DNA of 64,000 nucleotides from Candidatus Heimdallarchaeota archaeon (GTDB lineage: Archaea > Asgardarchaeota > Heimdallarchaeia > Hodarchaeales > Hodarchaeaceae). Under the pieces are notes generated by a model. That model did not search any database and was not told the origin of the DNA. It saw only the letters and a program-made list of their open reading frames with translations. The stretch spans positions 480,001 through 544,000 of the forward strand of contig RDOB01000002.1 of NCBI GenBank assembly GCA_011364965.1. The letters are read 5' to 3'. The translations under genes and the position numbers were made by a program. Position 1 is the first letter of the stretch. Each line of letters starts with the position of its first letter. Positions 18,914-29,768 of the stretch are shown here, one piece after another.

Positions 18914-21900
18914 CTAATGAAATGAAAACCAGTAATTCGGAAAGTTAAGAACATCAATTACATCAAGTTTCATGTGGCAAACTGGACAATTCTTTTTCAA
19001 TTTTAAGCTTTCAAGAAGGTGTTTACGGTGGAAAAAACTTCCACATTGAGGACATCTTACGATTTCCTCTTTATTCTGGAGTTTTACTACAGATGTTCGA
19101 CATACAACACACGTAAGACGTTGAGAGCAAAAACCACAGTTTTTTTGGTCTTCTAAAATTGGATTTTCACATTGAGGACATTTACTTTGGTTTAGTTTTT
19201 TGATCTCTACAGCGGGTTTTTCCTCGGAATAAACGTCTTTCAAACCAGCGTTCCAAATTTGTTCCAGAGCTTCTCCTGATTGGATATTAAAGCGCGAGGC
19301 AAAAATATCTAGAGCCTGTTTATATACACTTAGATGAATTTGTTTTTCAGGTAAATTCATCAGGAGTTTAAGATTCTTCCAAGAATAATATCTTCCCAAT
19401 AAGGGAATTAGCATATGCTGGATGTCCTTTCGATCTTTAGATTTCTGATATAACTCATAAAAGTACTTATCTGGCGTGTCAGGTGGATTATCGAGATAGT
19501 ATTGAGTTAATATATCCAGAATGTCATTTTCTATTGGTAACATATCTAAGTTGAACAATATTTTCTCTATTGTTGTATTGGGAACGTTTACAAAAAATGA
19601 GATCAGAAATTTGGCGCGAACTAGTTTAAATTTAATAAGCAAATTGTATATTGATAAATCATTTTGTGTTGTTCTTCCAGTGACTTTTTCAAGGAAAATT
19701 TTGATCAATTTGGATCCTGGTTCTGGGAAATCAGTCGAGGATTCATAAATCTGGAATATTTCAGTCATTACTTTAGTAGAGAGCGAAGGATTTCTTACTA
19801 ACCCTATAAGTTGTTCTGTTAGTGTGAATATTAAAAGATCAGTTTTAAGTTGCGGAAGTAGATTCGTAATTAGCTGAAGACTATCATTTTGGGAAAGAGA
19901 CTGGATATACCCTTTAGTTTCTTGTATTAACGTACTCAATTGATTTTTATCAATAATTCTCAGGACATCTAATTCATAGTGTGTGAAAAATGAATTTAAT
20001 AGGGTAAGTGCAAAAGATTGGCTTTCTGGTATAATGATAATTTTAGATATTCTAATAATGACTAATTGAAGAAATTTTTCTCTATTTAGCTTTGTGAATT
20101 CTAATAAAAAGCGTTCTCTAATAGAATCCTTGACTGGATATCTATCTGTGAAGGAAAAAGCAGAATAAATTATGCGAGGACCAGCTCCTACAAATTTGGG
20201 GATAATAGATTCCATTAAAAACTCTAAATGAGTCTCTGGTATTCCTTGGAGAATCTCTGTTACATTCGGTATACTCATATTAAACGCTTGATTTATGAGA
20301 ACTGAGAAAGTTGATAATGAATTTAAATTTGATTTACGAAAAATACGCCAAAATTCATCCAATTCAATTTGCAGTATTTCTGGAAAGAATCCTTCTATTA
20401 ATTGCTTAGAACGCGAAGATGCTTTCTCGCTGCTATAATTTCTCACAATAGGCCAAATAACATCCTTAGAGCTCAAAAGTAGTAAGGATCTCCATTTTTC
20501 AAGGAACTCTGTTGTAGTGAAACACCGATTTACAAGAATAGAGTAATGTTCTGAAGAAAGATTTGAGGCCAAATCTTCTGTTTGAAAAGCAAATTTATTT
20601 CCCTTTGATAAAATCTCCTCGAAATTTGAATCTAGATGAATCTTAAGATAGGGATTTAAAATGGTGCGTTCTCGTACGGTTAAAGAACGAGGAGAATACA
20701 AAATCGGTCTAAAAATATCGAAATCATTGAATAACCCCTGTAATTCGAAGGTCCACTCCCTATCTAAGATATAATTACCAATTTTCTCTTTTATGGCTCG
20801 TGTACTTAAAGAAAAGAGAGTAGACAAAACAGAAGCAGATAATAATTCCATATTTTTGTATATTACTTGGCAATAATCTTCCCAATAGTTTGAGGCATTC
20901 TCCAATACTATTGGTTTCAATAATTTTTGAGATTTACCTTTTGATTTTAAATAAAATGATAAAAGTATTACTGGATCATCTTTTGCATAGATTGAAATTT
21001 CTTCTTCTAGAAAATTTGACAATTTTAAATTTGAAAGTATATTCTCTTCATTCAATAGATCTAATAAAATTTTTACAACGGAGGTTTGTTTTATTTTATT
21101 CAGTTGATCAAATAAATCATGTATGATCACTAATTCTTCATATTGAACTAAAGTATAAAATATTATCTGAATATTTCCGCTATCTTCTTTTATTTTCATA
21201 TTTACATATTCTATAATAAATATATTAATATTAGAGTCTTTTTGTCCTTTGTGAATCTCTAATAATGTCTCTAAGGAAACTTCTCTTTCTTTAAACCATT
21301 TTAACAAAGTCTTCATATAAGGCTTTCTTGTGACTTTCTGAATTCCTGTTATAAATGAAAGTTCTTGCTTTGAGGTTCCTGATAGATCAAGAAATCTAGT
21401 GAATCGTTTTATAGAAAGGATTATGACATCTTCTACATTTTTGAATATTTGAATGCGTTCGATTAATTTTAATTCATAAAAAAAGGTTTTCACTATATGA
21501 AATGGATCTTCTAAATAAGCTTTTAAAAGCTCTGAATGGATTTCTGGTGAAGAGGAACCCCATAATCTAAATAGAAGAACAATTTGTGACGGATTTAGAT
21601 TAGATATTGAATTTTTTACTTTTTCATAAACTTGCTTTGAAAGGTCAGGATTGATACTTGTGAGAATTTTTGAAATAATATCTTTATTTGTCATTACTAG
21701 TTCTAGATGGGAGATGATTAAATTTAGAATGGCATGTTGAGACTCAATTTTCGCTTTTTTGATAAAAATAAGGAATTCTGGGGTAGATAGGAGTTCAAAA
21801 ATTAAGCTAACATTCTCTCTCGAACACAAAGGAATTGAATTGGTAATTAGGTCAAAACTAGAAGGAAGGAGCTGAATTAATCCGAATTTGTTCCATTTAT

Positions 21901-22048
21901 ATCTTTCGCCTTTGAGATATTCATTATAGAAATAATGCAAAGCATATTCAGGGTTTTCTTTAATGAAGGTGCGAACTTTCCTCTTCCATAGTAATGGAAG
22001 GTGATCCTTCCAAGAAATATCCAAACCAAGATTACCTTGGGAGTTCAT
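18914..22048 (-). CDS. Long alpha-helical (solenoid-like) protein with C-terminal Zn ribbon and RING-type finger; putative E3 ligase or scaffold
   Basis: About 950 aa of Leu/Ile-rich helical sequence, then C-x2-C-x10-C-x2-C and C-x2-C-x15-C-x2-C-x4-H-x2-H-x10-C-x2-C. Confidence 0.75.
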   Translation of the reverse strand: MNSQGNLGLDISWKDHLPLLWKRKVRTFIKENPEYALHYFYNEYLKGERYKWNKFGLIQLLPSSFDLITNSIPLCSRENVSLIFELLSTPEFLIFIKKAKIESQHAILNLIISHLELVMTNKDIISKILTSINPDLSKQVYEKVKNSISNLNPSQIVLLFRLWGSSSPEIHSELLKAYLEDPFHIVKTFFYELKLIERIQIFKNVEDVIILSIKRFTRFLDLSGTSKQELSFITGIQKVTRKPYMKTLLKWFKEREVSLETLLEIHKGQKDSNINIFIIEYVNMKIKEDSGNIQIIFYTLVQYEELVIIHDLFDQLNKIKQTSVVKILLDLLNEENILSNLKLSNFLEEEISIYAKDDPVILLSFYLKSKGKSQKLLKPIVLENASNYWEDYCQVIYKNMELLSASVLSTLFSLSTRAIKEKIGNYILDREWTFELQGLFNDFDIFRPILYSPRSLTVRERTILNPYLKIHLDSNFEEILSKGNKFAFQTEDLASNLSSEHYSILVNRCFTTTEFLEKWRSLLLLSSKDVIWPIVRNYSSEKASSRSKQLIEGFFPEILQIELDEFWRIFRKSNLNSLSTFSVLINQAFNMSIPNVTEILQGIPETHLEFLMESIIPKFVGAGPRIIYSAFSFTDRYPVKDSIRERFLLEFTKLNREKFLQLVIIRISKIIIIPESQSFALTLLNSFFTHYELDVLRIIDKNQLSTLIQETKGYIQSLSQNDSLQLITNLLPQLKTDLLIFTLTEQLIGLVRNPSLSTKVMTEIFQIYESSTDFPEPGSKLIKIFLEKVTGRTTQNDLSIYNLLIKFKLVRAKFLISFFVNVPNTTIEKILFNLDMLPIENDILDILTQYYLDNPPDTPDKYFYELYQKSKDRKDIQHMLIPLLGRYYSWKNLKLLMNLPEKQIHLSVYKQALDIFASRFNIQSGEALEQIWNAGLKDVYSEEKPAVEIKKLNQSKCPQCENPILEDQKNCGFCSQRLTCVVCRTSVVKLQNKEEIVRCPQCGSFFHRKHLLESLKLKKNCPVCHMKLDVIDVLNFPNYWFSFH

Positions 22049-22185
22049 AAGAGAAAACTGTCCTTCTAGTTCTTATATAAGTAAGACATAGAATATTTTT
22101 CAAATAGTTATCCATATAGGGAGTTTAAAAAATGATATAACTGGTTTTTTTTAACTATTTTGTTGAATAAAAGGGTAGAAGGCTT

Positions 22186-23412
22186 TTAAGTTGCTAAAGA
22201 GACTTCTTTTCCGGAAATAAAGACCTTTTCGACTTTAGAGTAAAATTCAAAGGGATGTCCTGACCAAATCACAACATCAGCGTCTTTCCCAGCCTCTAGT
22301 GATCCGATTTTATTCGATATGTTTAAAATTTCGGCAGGATTTATGGTTACACACTTTAATGCTTCTTCAGGAGTTAATCCTTCCTTAATAGCGTACATTG
22401 GTAGCAAATGGAAATGATTCATTGGAGTTAACGAATCAGTTTGTAGAGCTACTTTTACCCCCGCTTTCACCAAATCAACAACTGTTTTAAATCCTCTGTC
22501 ACGAGTTTCCGGCTTACTCACCCAATAAAGAGTTGGACCAATAACAGCAGGGTATCCTTTTTCTACTATATAATTCGTTATTTTATTCCCCTCTGTACAA
22601 TGGATGAGTACTAGATCTACACTAAATTCCTCCGCAATACGAATTATAGTTGCGATATCATCTGCACGATGGGCGTGTGCATGGAGCGGAATTTCCCTTT
22701 GGAGAACTTTAACTACCGTATCTAACATTAAATTCCGTTTAGGAGGTGCTGGAGGATCCTTTCCTTTTTCCATGGCATTCCTTACCTTTGTTTGGTATGT
22801 TTCCTTCTCATCAATATAGTTCAGAGCCTCAGTAAAGGTTTTGCGAATTAAAGCTGCTATCCCCATACGTGTAGATGGCATACGCTTGTTAAGTTGTCCA
22901 TGTGTTCTTTTTGGATTCTCTCCTAAAGCTATTTTCAAACCTGAAGGTGCACGTAAAATCATATCGTCAACTATAGGACTTTCTATGACTTTCACCGTAA
23001 ATGTTTCTCCTGAAACTACATTACCTGACCCTGGACCAGTATTAATACAGGTAACTCCCCCCCTTACTACTTCTTTCAGAGAAGGCTCGAAAGGATTAAA
23101 GGAATCAATTCCACGGACATGAGGTGTAATTGGGTCAGTCATCTCATTACCATCCATACCAGCCCAACCAATACTTCCGTCAAAGAGACCTTGATGTGTA
23201 TGTGCGTCAATAAATCCAGGTACAATATATTTCCCAGTAACGTCAAAAATCTCCGCCCCCTCTAAAGAAAGATTTGTACCAATCTCTTTAATCTTCTCAT
23301 TTTCGATTAAAACAGTTGCATTCTCAATTTTTCCTTGAATAGGACAAAATAATGTTCCATTTACTAGTGCAATCATTGGATTTCCCATCATTGCATCTGT
23401 ATGCACAAGCAT
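22186..23412 (-). CDS. Amidohydrolase family protein (imidazolonepropionase-like)
   Basis: PGFIDAHTH, HAHRADD, NPAEIL, GSLEAGKDADVVIW; true start may be a few codons downstream. Confidence 0.9.
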   Translation of the reverse strand: MLVHTDAMMGNPMIALVNGTLFCPIQGKIENATVLIENEKIKEIGTNLSLEGAEIFDVTGKYIVPGFIDAHTHQGLFDGSIGWAGMDGNEMTDPITPHVRGIDSFNPFEPSLKEVVRGGVTCINTGPGSGNVVSGETFTVKVIESPIVDDMILRAPSGLKIALGENPKRTHGQLNKRMPSTRMGIAALIRKTFTEALNYIDEKETYQTKVRNAMEKGKDPPAPPKRNLMLDTVVKVLQREIPLHAHAHRADDIATIIRIAEEFSVDLVLIHCTEGNKITNYIVEKGYPAVIGPTLYWVSKPETRDRGFKTVVDLVKAGVKVALQTDSLTPMNHFHLLPMYAIKEGLTPEEALKCVTINPAEILNISNKIGSLEAGKDADVVIWSGHPFEFYSKVEKVFISGKEVSLAT

Positions 23413-23560
23413 AAAATTGTTATGAGCGATTAACCGTTCTTGTTATACTCTGGAGATTCTCAATCGACAAGTCAGAGGTGACTGATTTTGCGTCAGGTCT
23501 ATATGGAGGAGTCAGAACTCGCTGATTAGTAAGAGATCTTTTTCTGTTTCAGAAAAGAGA

Positions 23561-24916
23561 TTAAAGGTAATTTGGTTTTCCAATACCAACATAGAAGAAT
23601 CCTTTTTCTTCCACAAATTCTCGATTATATACATTCCTTCCATCTATAATTATTTTAGTCCTCATCAGCTGCTTCAACTGATCGAAATCTAGATTGAAAT
23701 ATTTTTCATGTTTGGTGACAATTATTGCACAGTCTGATCCTTCTAGTGCCAAATTTATATCATTAATAACCGGCCAGTCTTCAAATAAACTTGAATTAAC
23801 AAAGTAATCATGTACTTTGACATTTGCTTCATAAGAATCAAGATATTTTATAAGTGGAAGTGCTGGGGTATTTCTTGTATCATCTGAATCCTCTAAATAT
23901 GCTATACCTAATACCGTTATTGTTGCATCCTTTAACATAATTTCATGTTTTTCTAAGGCAGCTTTTGCCAATCCTCCAAGATGAATTGGCATATAATTAT
24001 TAATTTTTCTTCCAAGGGTGATAAATTCAGGTTCGATAGCTCCTAATCCATATGTTTGTACTCCATAGCGTAATAGCCAAGGATCTTTCGGTAAACAATG
24101 TCCTCCCACTCCTGCTCCAGGATAATGCATATGCCGATCATGCCTAGCATTAATGAGTTCGATGATTTCATAAATATTTACATGCATACTTTCGCAAACA
24201 AGAGCCATTTCATTTGCAAAAGCTATATTAATATCTCGATATGAATTCTCAATAGTCTTTGCCAGTTCTGCAGACAAACAGCTCGTAACTGATATTTCTT
24301 TTGAGACTACATGCTTATATAGCCACACTGCTTTGTTCGTAGATTCTGGAGTAATACCTCCTACAACGCGCGGCATATTTACAATGTAATCAAGCAATTT
24401 ACCTGGCATAACTCTTTCATACGAAAATGCGAGATAAAAATCTCTCCCGGCAACTAGTCCTGATTTTTTTTCCAATATGGGTTTGACTACATTTTCAGTT
24501 GTACCTGGAGCTACAGTTGATTCGATAATTACTGTAACCCCTTTCTTTAAATAAGCTCCTACTTGAGAACTAACTGATTTGAGTGATTCATATTGTGGAA
24601 CATGGGTTTCATCTGTTGGGGTTTGCACATCGATGAGGATAAAGTCTGCATTTTTTGCAATTGATGGGTCATCTGTGACTTGGAATGATCCTTTCTTAAC
24701 AACACGTGAAATCAAATCATCAAGACCAGGTTCTTTTCCTTTGAAGGGTGATTCTCCCCGATTTAAGACAGTTATTTTCCATCCAGATCGCTTGGAACGT
24801 CTTTGAACCCCTGTAACCCGAAATCCATTTACATCTGCTAGAAGGGCTGCGATAGGAATTCCTACATAGCCCATTCCAAAAACAACACAATGAATATTAG
24901 TCATATTTATTTCCAC
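23561..24916 (-). CDS. wecC: Nucleotide-sugar dehydrogenase (UDP-N-acetyl-D-mannosamine dehydrogenase-like)
   Basis: GMGYVG, ESTVAPGTT, ENSYRDINIAFANE, GVGGHCLPKDP. Confidence 0.85.
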   Translation of the reverse strand: MEINMTNIHCVVFGMGYVGIPIAALLADVNGFRVTGVQRRSKRSGWKITVLNRGESPFKGKEPGLDDLISRVVKKGSFQVTDDPSIAKNADFILIDVQTPTDETHVPQYESLKSVSSQVGAYLKKGVTVIIESTVAPGTTENVVKPILEKKSGLVAGRDFYLAFSYERVMPGKLLDYIVNMPRVVGGITPESTNKAVWLYKHVVSKEISVTSCLSAELAKTIENSYRDINIAFANEMALVCESMHVNIYEIIELINARHDRHMHYPGAGVGGHCLPKDPWLLRYGVQTYGLGAIEPEFITLGRKINNYMPIHLGGLAKAALEKHEIMLKDATITVLGIAYLEDSDDTRNTPALPLIKYLDSYEANVKVHDYFVNSSLFEDWPVINDINLALEGSDCAIIVTKHEKYFNLDFDQLKQLMRTKIIIDGRNVYNREFVEEKGFFYVGIGKPNYL

Positions 24917-25348
24917 ATAAATTCAAATAAATAGGTAATCATTTGAAGTTAATCATTCAAATATCTAGTTGAAATATCTATCTCCGGCGAATTCAAGACT
25001 TCTTTTGTATATTGTTGTATGAGACAAGGTAACCACTAAGATGAAAGCGATGATCAATTTTATTCTAGAAAAATAAGATCACTTATAAATGAATTTAGGG
25101 AACTTTATATCATTTAAAAGGAGTTTAAGTTATTTAATTGAAATTATCTAGGAGAAAAGCCTATTTTCTGTTATTAATAAGGAAATAAGAGAAGAGACAA
25201 TCGATATATCCTGTTGTGTTGTACTTAAAATGTCGCACTTAATTCTTATAAAGAAATTAGTGAGAAGAGGTACCTTAATCTCAAAATATTTTTGTACAAG
25301 ATATTGGCTGATTTTTTGATTCTTTGAGAAATTAGAAGGTGTGAATAT

Positions 25349-26620
25349 ATGAAAACTCAACTATTAGCAGATGAGATACTCAATACCATGAATTTAAGGA
25401 AACGTTATGGTATATTCAATAATAATATGATGTTTCTACTGAATGATGATGATAAAGCATTAGCATCAGAATTACAAGAAACATGTATTGAATTTGATGA
25501 AAAAATAGGTGGCATTTCAGGTCATAATAATATGAATCTGTACGACCATTTTTCGTGGGCTGGAAAACATGGACTAATTAATCGTACAAACGACTATCCT
25601 CATCGTGATGATTTACATATTGGAATGAAAGCAGAAATTATACGTCAGTGGACAATGGACATCTTAAATCCTCAATTGAGCCTTGCACTGGGCGCCTCTG
25701 TACTAGCAATAAATCCCATTGCTCATCATAATGAAGGCAGGGAAAATTTAAGGAAAGACTTAGTGGATCTTCTAGATGGAAATAAAATTGGCTGTATATG
25801 TATAACGGAACCCGAACGGGGATCCGATGCTGTAAATATGACTGTAAAGGCAGAAAAAGCTGATGATGGGTTCATTATTAATGGGATAAAATGCTATAAT
25901 ACTAACTCGCCAGCAGCTGATATTGCTGTTGTTTATGCTGTATATAATACTGAAGATCCAAGAGGTACCATGGTTCAAGGTGTAAGTCATAAAGCATGGG
26001 ATAAAGGGTTTAGAGCTGAAAGAATAGGGATTCCTTCGGTTCCTCATATTCAAATTGGAAAAACCATCTTTAACGATGCACACATCCCCGCCGATTATGT
26101 TACTGGCGATGATGGAAAGGGATATGAAATATTGTTTGAAGGTCTTGTCCCAGAACGAATTGGAATTGCTGCACTAAACGTGGGACAGATGTGGGGAGCT
26201 TTTACTATTGCCTCGATATATTCAACCCTCCGTAAACAATTTGGAGAGAAAATTCTTCTTCACCAAGCAGTAGGAATGAGTGTCTTAGCAAAATATCACT
26301 CTCGTTTAATGGCAGCTACAATGGCATTGTTGAAGCTCGCTGAAACATACGATGAGAAAAAAGACGAATTGGCTGGATTGCCACCAACGATGAATCCTCT
26401 TGTTGCATTCGCATCACAAATGAAAGAATTTACATCTTACTTATATCATGATCTAACTTATGAATTAATGCATGCAATGGGTGGCACGGGCGTGACTGAT
26501 CAGACATTGATGCCTTATTATCAGGGTGTTTCCGAAATAGCTGAAGTTGTGGGTGGTACTCGTAATGTTCAGTTATTAATTGGCAGTCGAACCATTAATA
26601 CCATGGTAAAAATGAGTTAG
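25349..26620 (+). CDS. Acyl-CoA dehydrogenase family protein
   Basis: CITEPERGSD, NGIKCY, RKQFG, MGGTG, GGTRNVQ. Confidence 0.88.
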   Translation: MKTQLLADEILNTMNLRKRYGIFNNNMMFLLNDDDKALASELQETCIEFDEKIGGISGHNNMNLYDHFSWAGKHGLINRTNDYPHRDDLHIGMKAEIIRQWTMDILNPQLSLALGASVLAINPIAHHNEGRENLRKDLVDLLDGNKIGCICITEPERGSDAVNMTVKAEKADDGFIINGIKCYNTNSPAADIAVVYAVYNTEDPRGTMVQGVSHKAWDKGFRAERIGIPSVPHIQIGKTIFNDAHIPADYVTGDDGKGYEILFEGLVPERIGIAALNVGQMWGAFTIASIYSTLRKQFGEKILLHQAVGMSVLAKYHSRLMAATMALLKLAETYDEKKDELAGLPPTMNPLVAFASQMKEFTSYLYHDLTYELMHAMGGTGVTDQTLMPYYQGVSEIAEVVGGTRNVQLLIGSRTINTMVKMS

Positions 26621-26819
26621 ACATAACTCTTCCTCATTTTTTTTTTCATTTTTTAATTTTAATACCTTTATTTTTTGATTTCTATTATTTATTGAAATAA
26701 AATCCGTATGAATTGCGGATAAGTTATTTAGGTGTGCTTTTTTAAAAACCAGCCCTAATTCTATATAGCAAACGAGTATTCTAGAAAAAATCCTGCAAAG
26801 TGGTAACGGAGAATTACTT

Positions 26820-27713
26820 ATGCCCTTGCTTTGTGTCAAGATTTACAACAAAAACTATGATGAAATCCAATCAACAGTTAATCCTCCTCCCATATCCCTT
26901 TCCAAACAGTTTCTATTTCATTTGGGGCAGATTTCTAATGGTAACCTTTCCTATGTAGTACAAGCAATTCTGAATCATGATCAAATATTTGCTTTTACGA
27001 GTAAAAATGAATATTTTATTTTAGCAATAGCTACCAATAATACTCCCTATGATAAACTAAGACAATTTCTTCTCCTTCTCTCTGATGCGTTAACGTCAGA
27101 TATTCTTCTACCTTGTCAAGAGTCATATCAAATGTTTCAGGATCTATGTGATTCTTCTATAAAAACAGTAGACTCAGCTCCTGAGTTAACTGTTGCTTTA
27201 CTAGGTTTAGAGCGATCTGGTAAGACCACTTTCGCTAATTACTTTTCTAATCGCAGTCTTGCAGCATTTGATACCTATTCTCCAACTCATCTCTTGAACA
27301 TTATTCGAATAAATCAACATATGAGGATTCCTGCATTAAAATTGTTTGATTTAGGAATGAACTTCAAAAGTCAATGGTGGAAGTTTAGAAAGGAATCTGA
27401 TGCCTTTATTTTTTTTGTTGATAGTGCAGATGTCAGGATGAATGAATCTCGTGACCTTTTTAACGAGATTCGTAGTTTCTGGGATCTTCCATATGTAATT
27501 GCAGCGAATAAGCGCGATACATCAAAAATCGTAAATATCAGAAAGTACCTATCTCGTAAGTTTTGTGTTCCTATTAGAAATATCTTCGAAATTGAAACTT
27601 ATACAGGTACGGGTGTTTATAGCCTTTTAGCAGAACTTATAACTAGAATCCAAGATCAAGATGTAACATTATCTTTGATTGGAAAAATTCCCAAACAGGG
27701 AAGAGGTTTATAA
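26820..27713 (+). CDS. Arf/Sar-like small GTPase with an N-terminal longin-like extension
   Basis: G1 GLERSGKTT, G2 SPT, atypical G3 DLGM, FFVDS, G4 NKRD; ~120-aa N-terminal alpha/beta domain. Confidence 0.75.
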   Translation: MPLLCVKIYNKNYDEIQSTVNPPPISLSKQFLFHLGQISNGNLSYVVQAILNHDQIFAFTSKNEYFILAIATNNTPYDKLRQFLLLLSDALTSDILLPCQESYQMFQDLCDSSIKTVDSAPELTVALLGLERSGKTTFANYFSNRSLAAFDTYSPTHLLNIIRINQHMRIPALKLFDLGMNFKSQWWKFRKESDAFIFFVDSADVRMNESRDLFNEIRSFWDLPYVIAANKRDTSKIVNIRKYLSRKFCVPIRNIFEIETYTGTGVYSLLAELITRIQDQDVTLSLIGKIPKQGRGL

Positions 27714-27782
27714 GGTTAAATTTATCAGTAAGGTGTGGAATTTATCAATATTTACTTACATTCAGGAAATTAACCGTTAACA

Positions 27783-29084
27783 ATGAAATTACAAAATAAT
27801 AAAGAATCTAATATGACAAGTCAAACCAAGAGGCAACTAGACGCATTCGTTTCTGTTACAAAAGCCTTCCTACAGTACGATTTCCAAGGTATGATCGATG
27901 AAGTTTTAAGGACAATTATCAAAATGGTGGAAGGCGAATTTGGAGGAATATTCTTAGCTCGAGAAAAAAGTGTTGAATTAATCTCTAGTACCGATGATGT
28001 GCCAGAGGGGCTATTGAAAACTGTAAAGCATCAAAATTTACCAAATACAGATGAATCGGAATACTTGATGGAATCTGAGATTCTTGGATTAGCTACACAG
28101 ACAGTTAAGGAAGCAAAAACTAAAATATGGTCTGGAGAGAGCGTATCCAATTTGATGATTTCCTCTGCAGCTCAAGAAGTGGTGAATAATTTAGGGATTA
28201 CTGATATATTGTCTGTACCAATAATGTATAAGAAATCTCCCTTAGGTGTTATTCAGCTAGCTCGAATTGGGAATAATGAGTTTACAACACAAGAAATTTC
28301 ACTTATTGAGAGTTTTGCGAGAGAATTGGGTCTGGTTATTACTGTGAGAGAGACTCGTGAAACGATCGTTGAAGTAAGTAAGGAATTAGAGTTTTATGTT
28401 GACCTCCTTACACATGATGTATCAAGTCAAGCTATGATTGCCTATAGTTGTTTGGAAGAGTTAAAAACCAAAGAAGGTGAAGACGAAAATTACTATTTCT
28501 TTGTAAATACAGCCTTAGAAAGCCTGATTAGGGTTCAAACTGTAATTGATCAGGTTAGAATTCTGTCTCATGTACGGAGCATTAAAGATCAAGATTTGAC
28601 ACCTATTTGCCTCCGAAAATGCATTGAAAGGTCGATAAAGACTATAAAAGCGATGTTTCCATCAGAATCAATACAAGTAACTATTAAATCCCCTCAAGAA
28701 GATATCTATACCTTTGGAACTCCAATTTTGGATAATGTTTTTACCAATCTTCTTCAAAATGCAGTTTTTGCAACAGAAAAACCCAAGAAACAAATAAACA
28801 TATCAATCCAAGAATTGAAAAGATTAGGTTTATGGAAAATCGAGATTGAAGATTTTGGATGCGGAGTTCCTGACAATCTGAAGGAAAAAATTTTTGAGCG
28901 ATTTTTTGGTACGCGAACTGGGAAGGGGCAAAAGAAAGGATCAGGATTGGGTCTTCACATCGTATCAACAATCCTCAATCGAATGGGAGGAGAAATAAGT
29001 GTTCAAGATCGCGTCGAAAATGATTATAGTCAAGGCGCGAGATTTATACTCCATTTTCAAAAATACTGTGAATCGGTTTCTTAA
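27783..29084 (+). CDS. GAF-domain sensor histidine kinase
   Basis: GAF domain, H-box LTHDV, N-box NLLQNA, DFGCG, GSGLGL. Confidence 0.92.
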   Translation: MKLQNNKESNMTSQTKRQLDAFVSVTKAFLQYDFQGMIDEVLRTIIKMVEGEFGGIFLAREKSVELISSTDDVPEGLLKTVKHQNLPNTDESEYLMESEILGLATQTVKEAKTKIWSGESVSNLMISSAAQEVVNNLGITDILSVPIMYKKSPLGVIQLARIGNNEFTTQEISLIESFARELGLVITVRETRETIVEVSKELEFYVDLLTHDVSSQAMIAYSCLEELKTKEGEDENYYFFVNTALESLIRVQTVIDQVRILSHVRSIKDQDLTPICLRKCIERSIKTIKAMFPSESIQVTIKSPQEDIYTFGTPILDNVFTNLLQNAVFATEKPKKQINISIQELKRLGLWKIEIEDFGCGVPDNLKEKIFERFFGTRTGKGQKKGSGLGLHIVSTILNRMGGEISVQDRVENDYSQGARFILHFQKYCESVS

Positions 29085-29209
29085 TCTATATAATATTTTA
29101 TCTAGCCATTTTCATCTTTAAGTTTTTTATTCATTAGTTTTGGTTGACATATTAATTATAAGTTGTATCTCAGGAATTTCAAAACAGCAAAATTAAGAAG
29201 ACCAGAAAA

Positions 29210-29746
29210 TTGATATTAAATGGAACAAAGACGATGATTAGACGAAATAAAGAGCTTATTTTGGGTAAACTATCTCATTCCAGTCAATTTAAAATAAATT
29301 TTGTCTGTTCTGGCAATATTATTCGTAGTCCTTATGCTCAACTCCTCTTCACATATATTATAAAAAATTCCGAATTAGAAAATAGAATTACAGTCGAATC
29401 CAGCGGAGTGAAATATCGAAATTGCCAAATCTCATGTGAAAGTTACCAGATGTTACTTACAGAAGGAATTCCTGAAGAAAAAATCCTAAAATTTACTCCA
29501 AGATTCTTTATAGATTATCCACACATATATGAGGATGTTGATTTAATCTTAGTTATGGAAAAAAACCATATAAAGTATATACCAGAACAGTTTAGAGAGA
29601 AAGCTTTTCTCCTCCTTGAATTTACACAAGGGGATGCAATTGACGTTCCAGATCCTTATTTCGACCCTCCATATGAGAGAGTATTTTCAATGATCAAACA
29701 ATCATTGTTAATATTAAAGGATCAAATGCTGAAAAGTATTCAATAA
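29210..29746 (+). CDS. Low-molecular-weight protein tyrosine phosphatase family protein
   Basis: CSGNIIRS P-loop and DVPDPY; probable start ATG 29234. Confidence 0.85.
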   Translation: MILNGTKTMIRRNKELILGKLSHSSQFKINFVCSGNIIRSPYAQLLFTYIIKNSELENRITVESSGVKYRNCQISCESYQMLLTEGIPEEKILKFTPRFFIDYPHIYEDVDLILVMEKNHIKYIPEQFREKAFLLLEFTQGDAIDVPDPYFDPPYERVFSMIKQSLLILKDQMLKSIQ

Positions 29747-29768
29747 AGAAGAACCAGAATTTCTAGGC

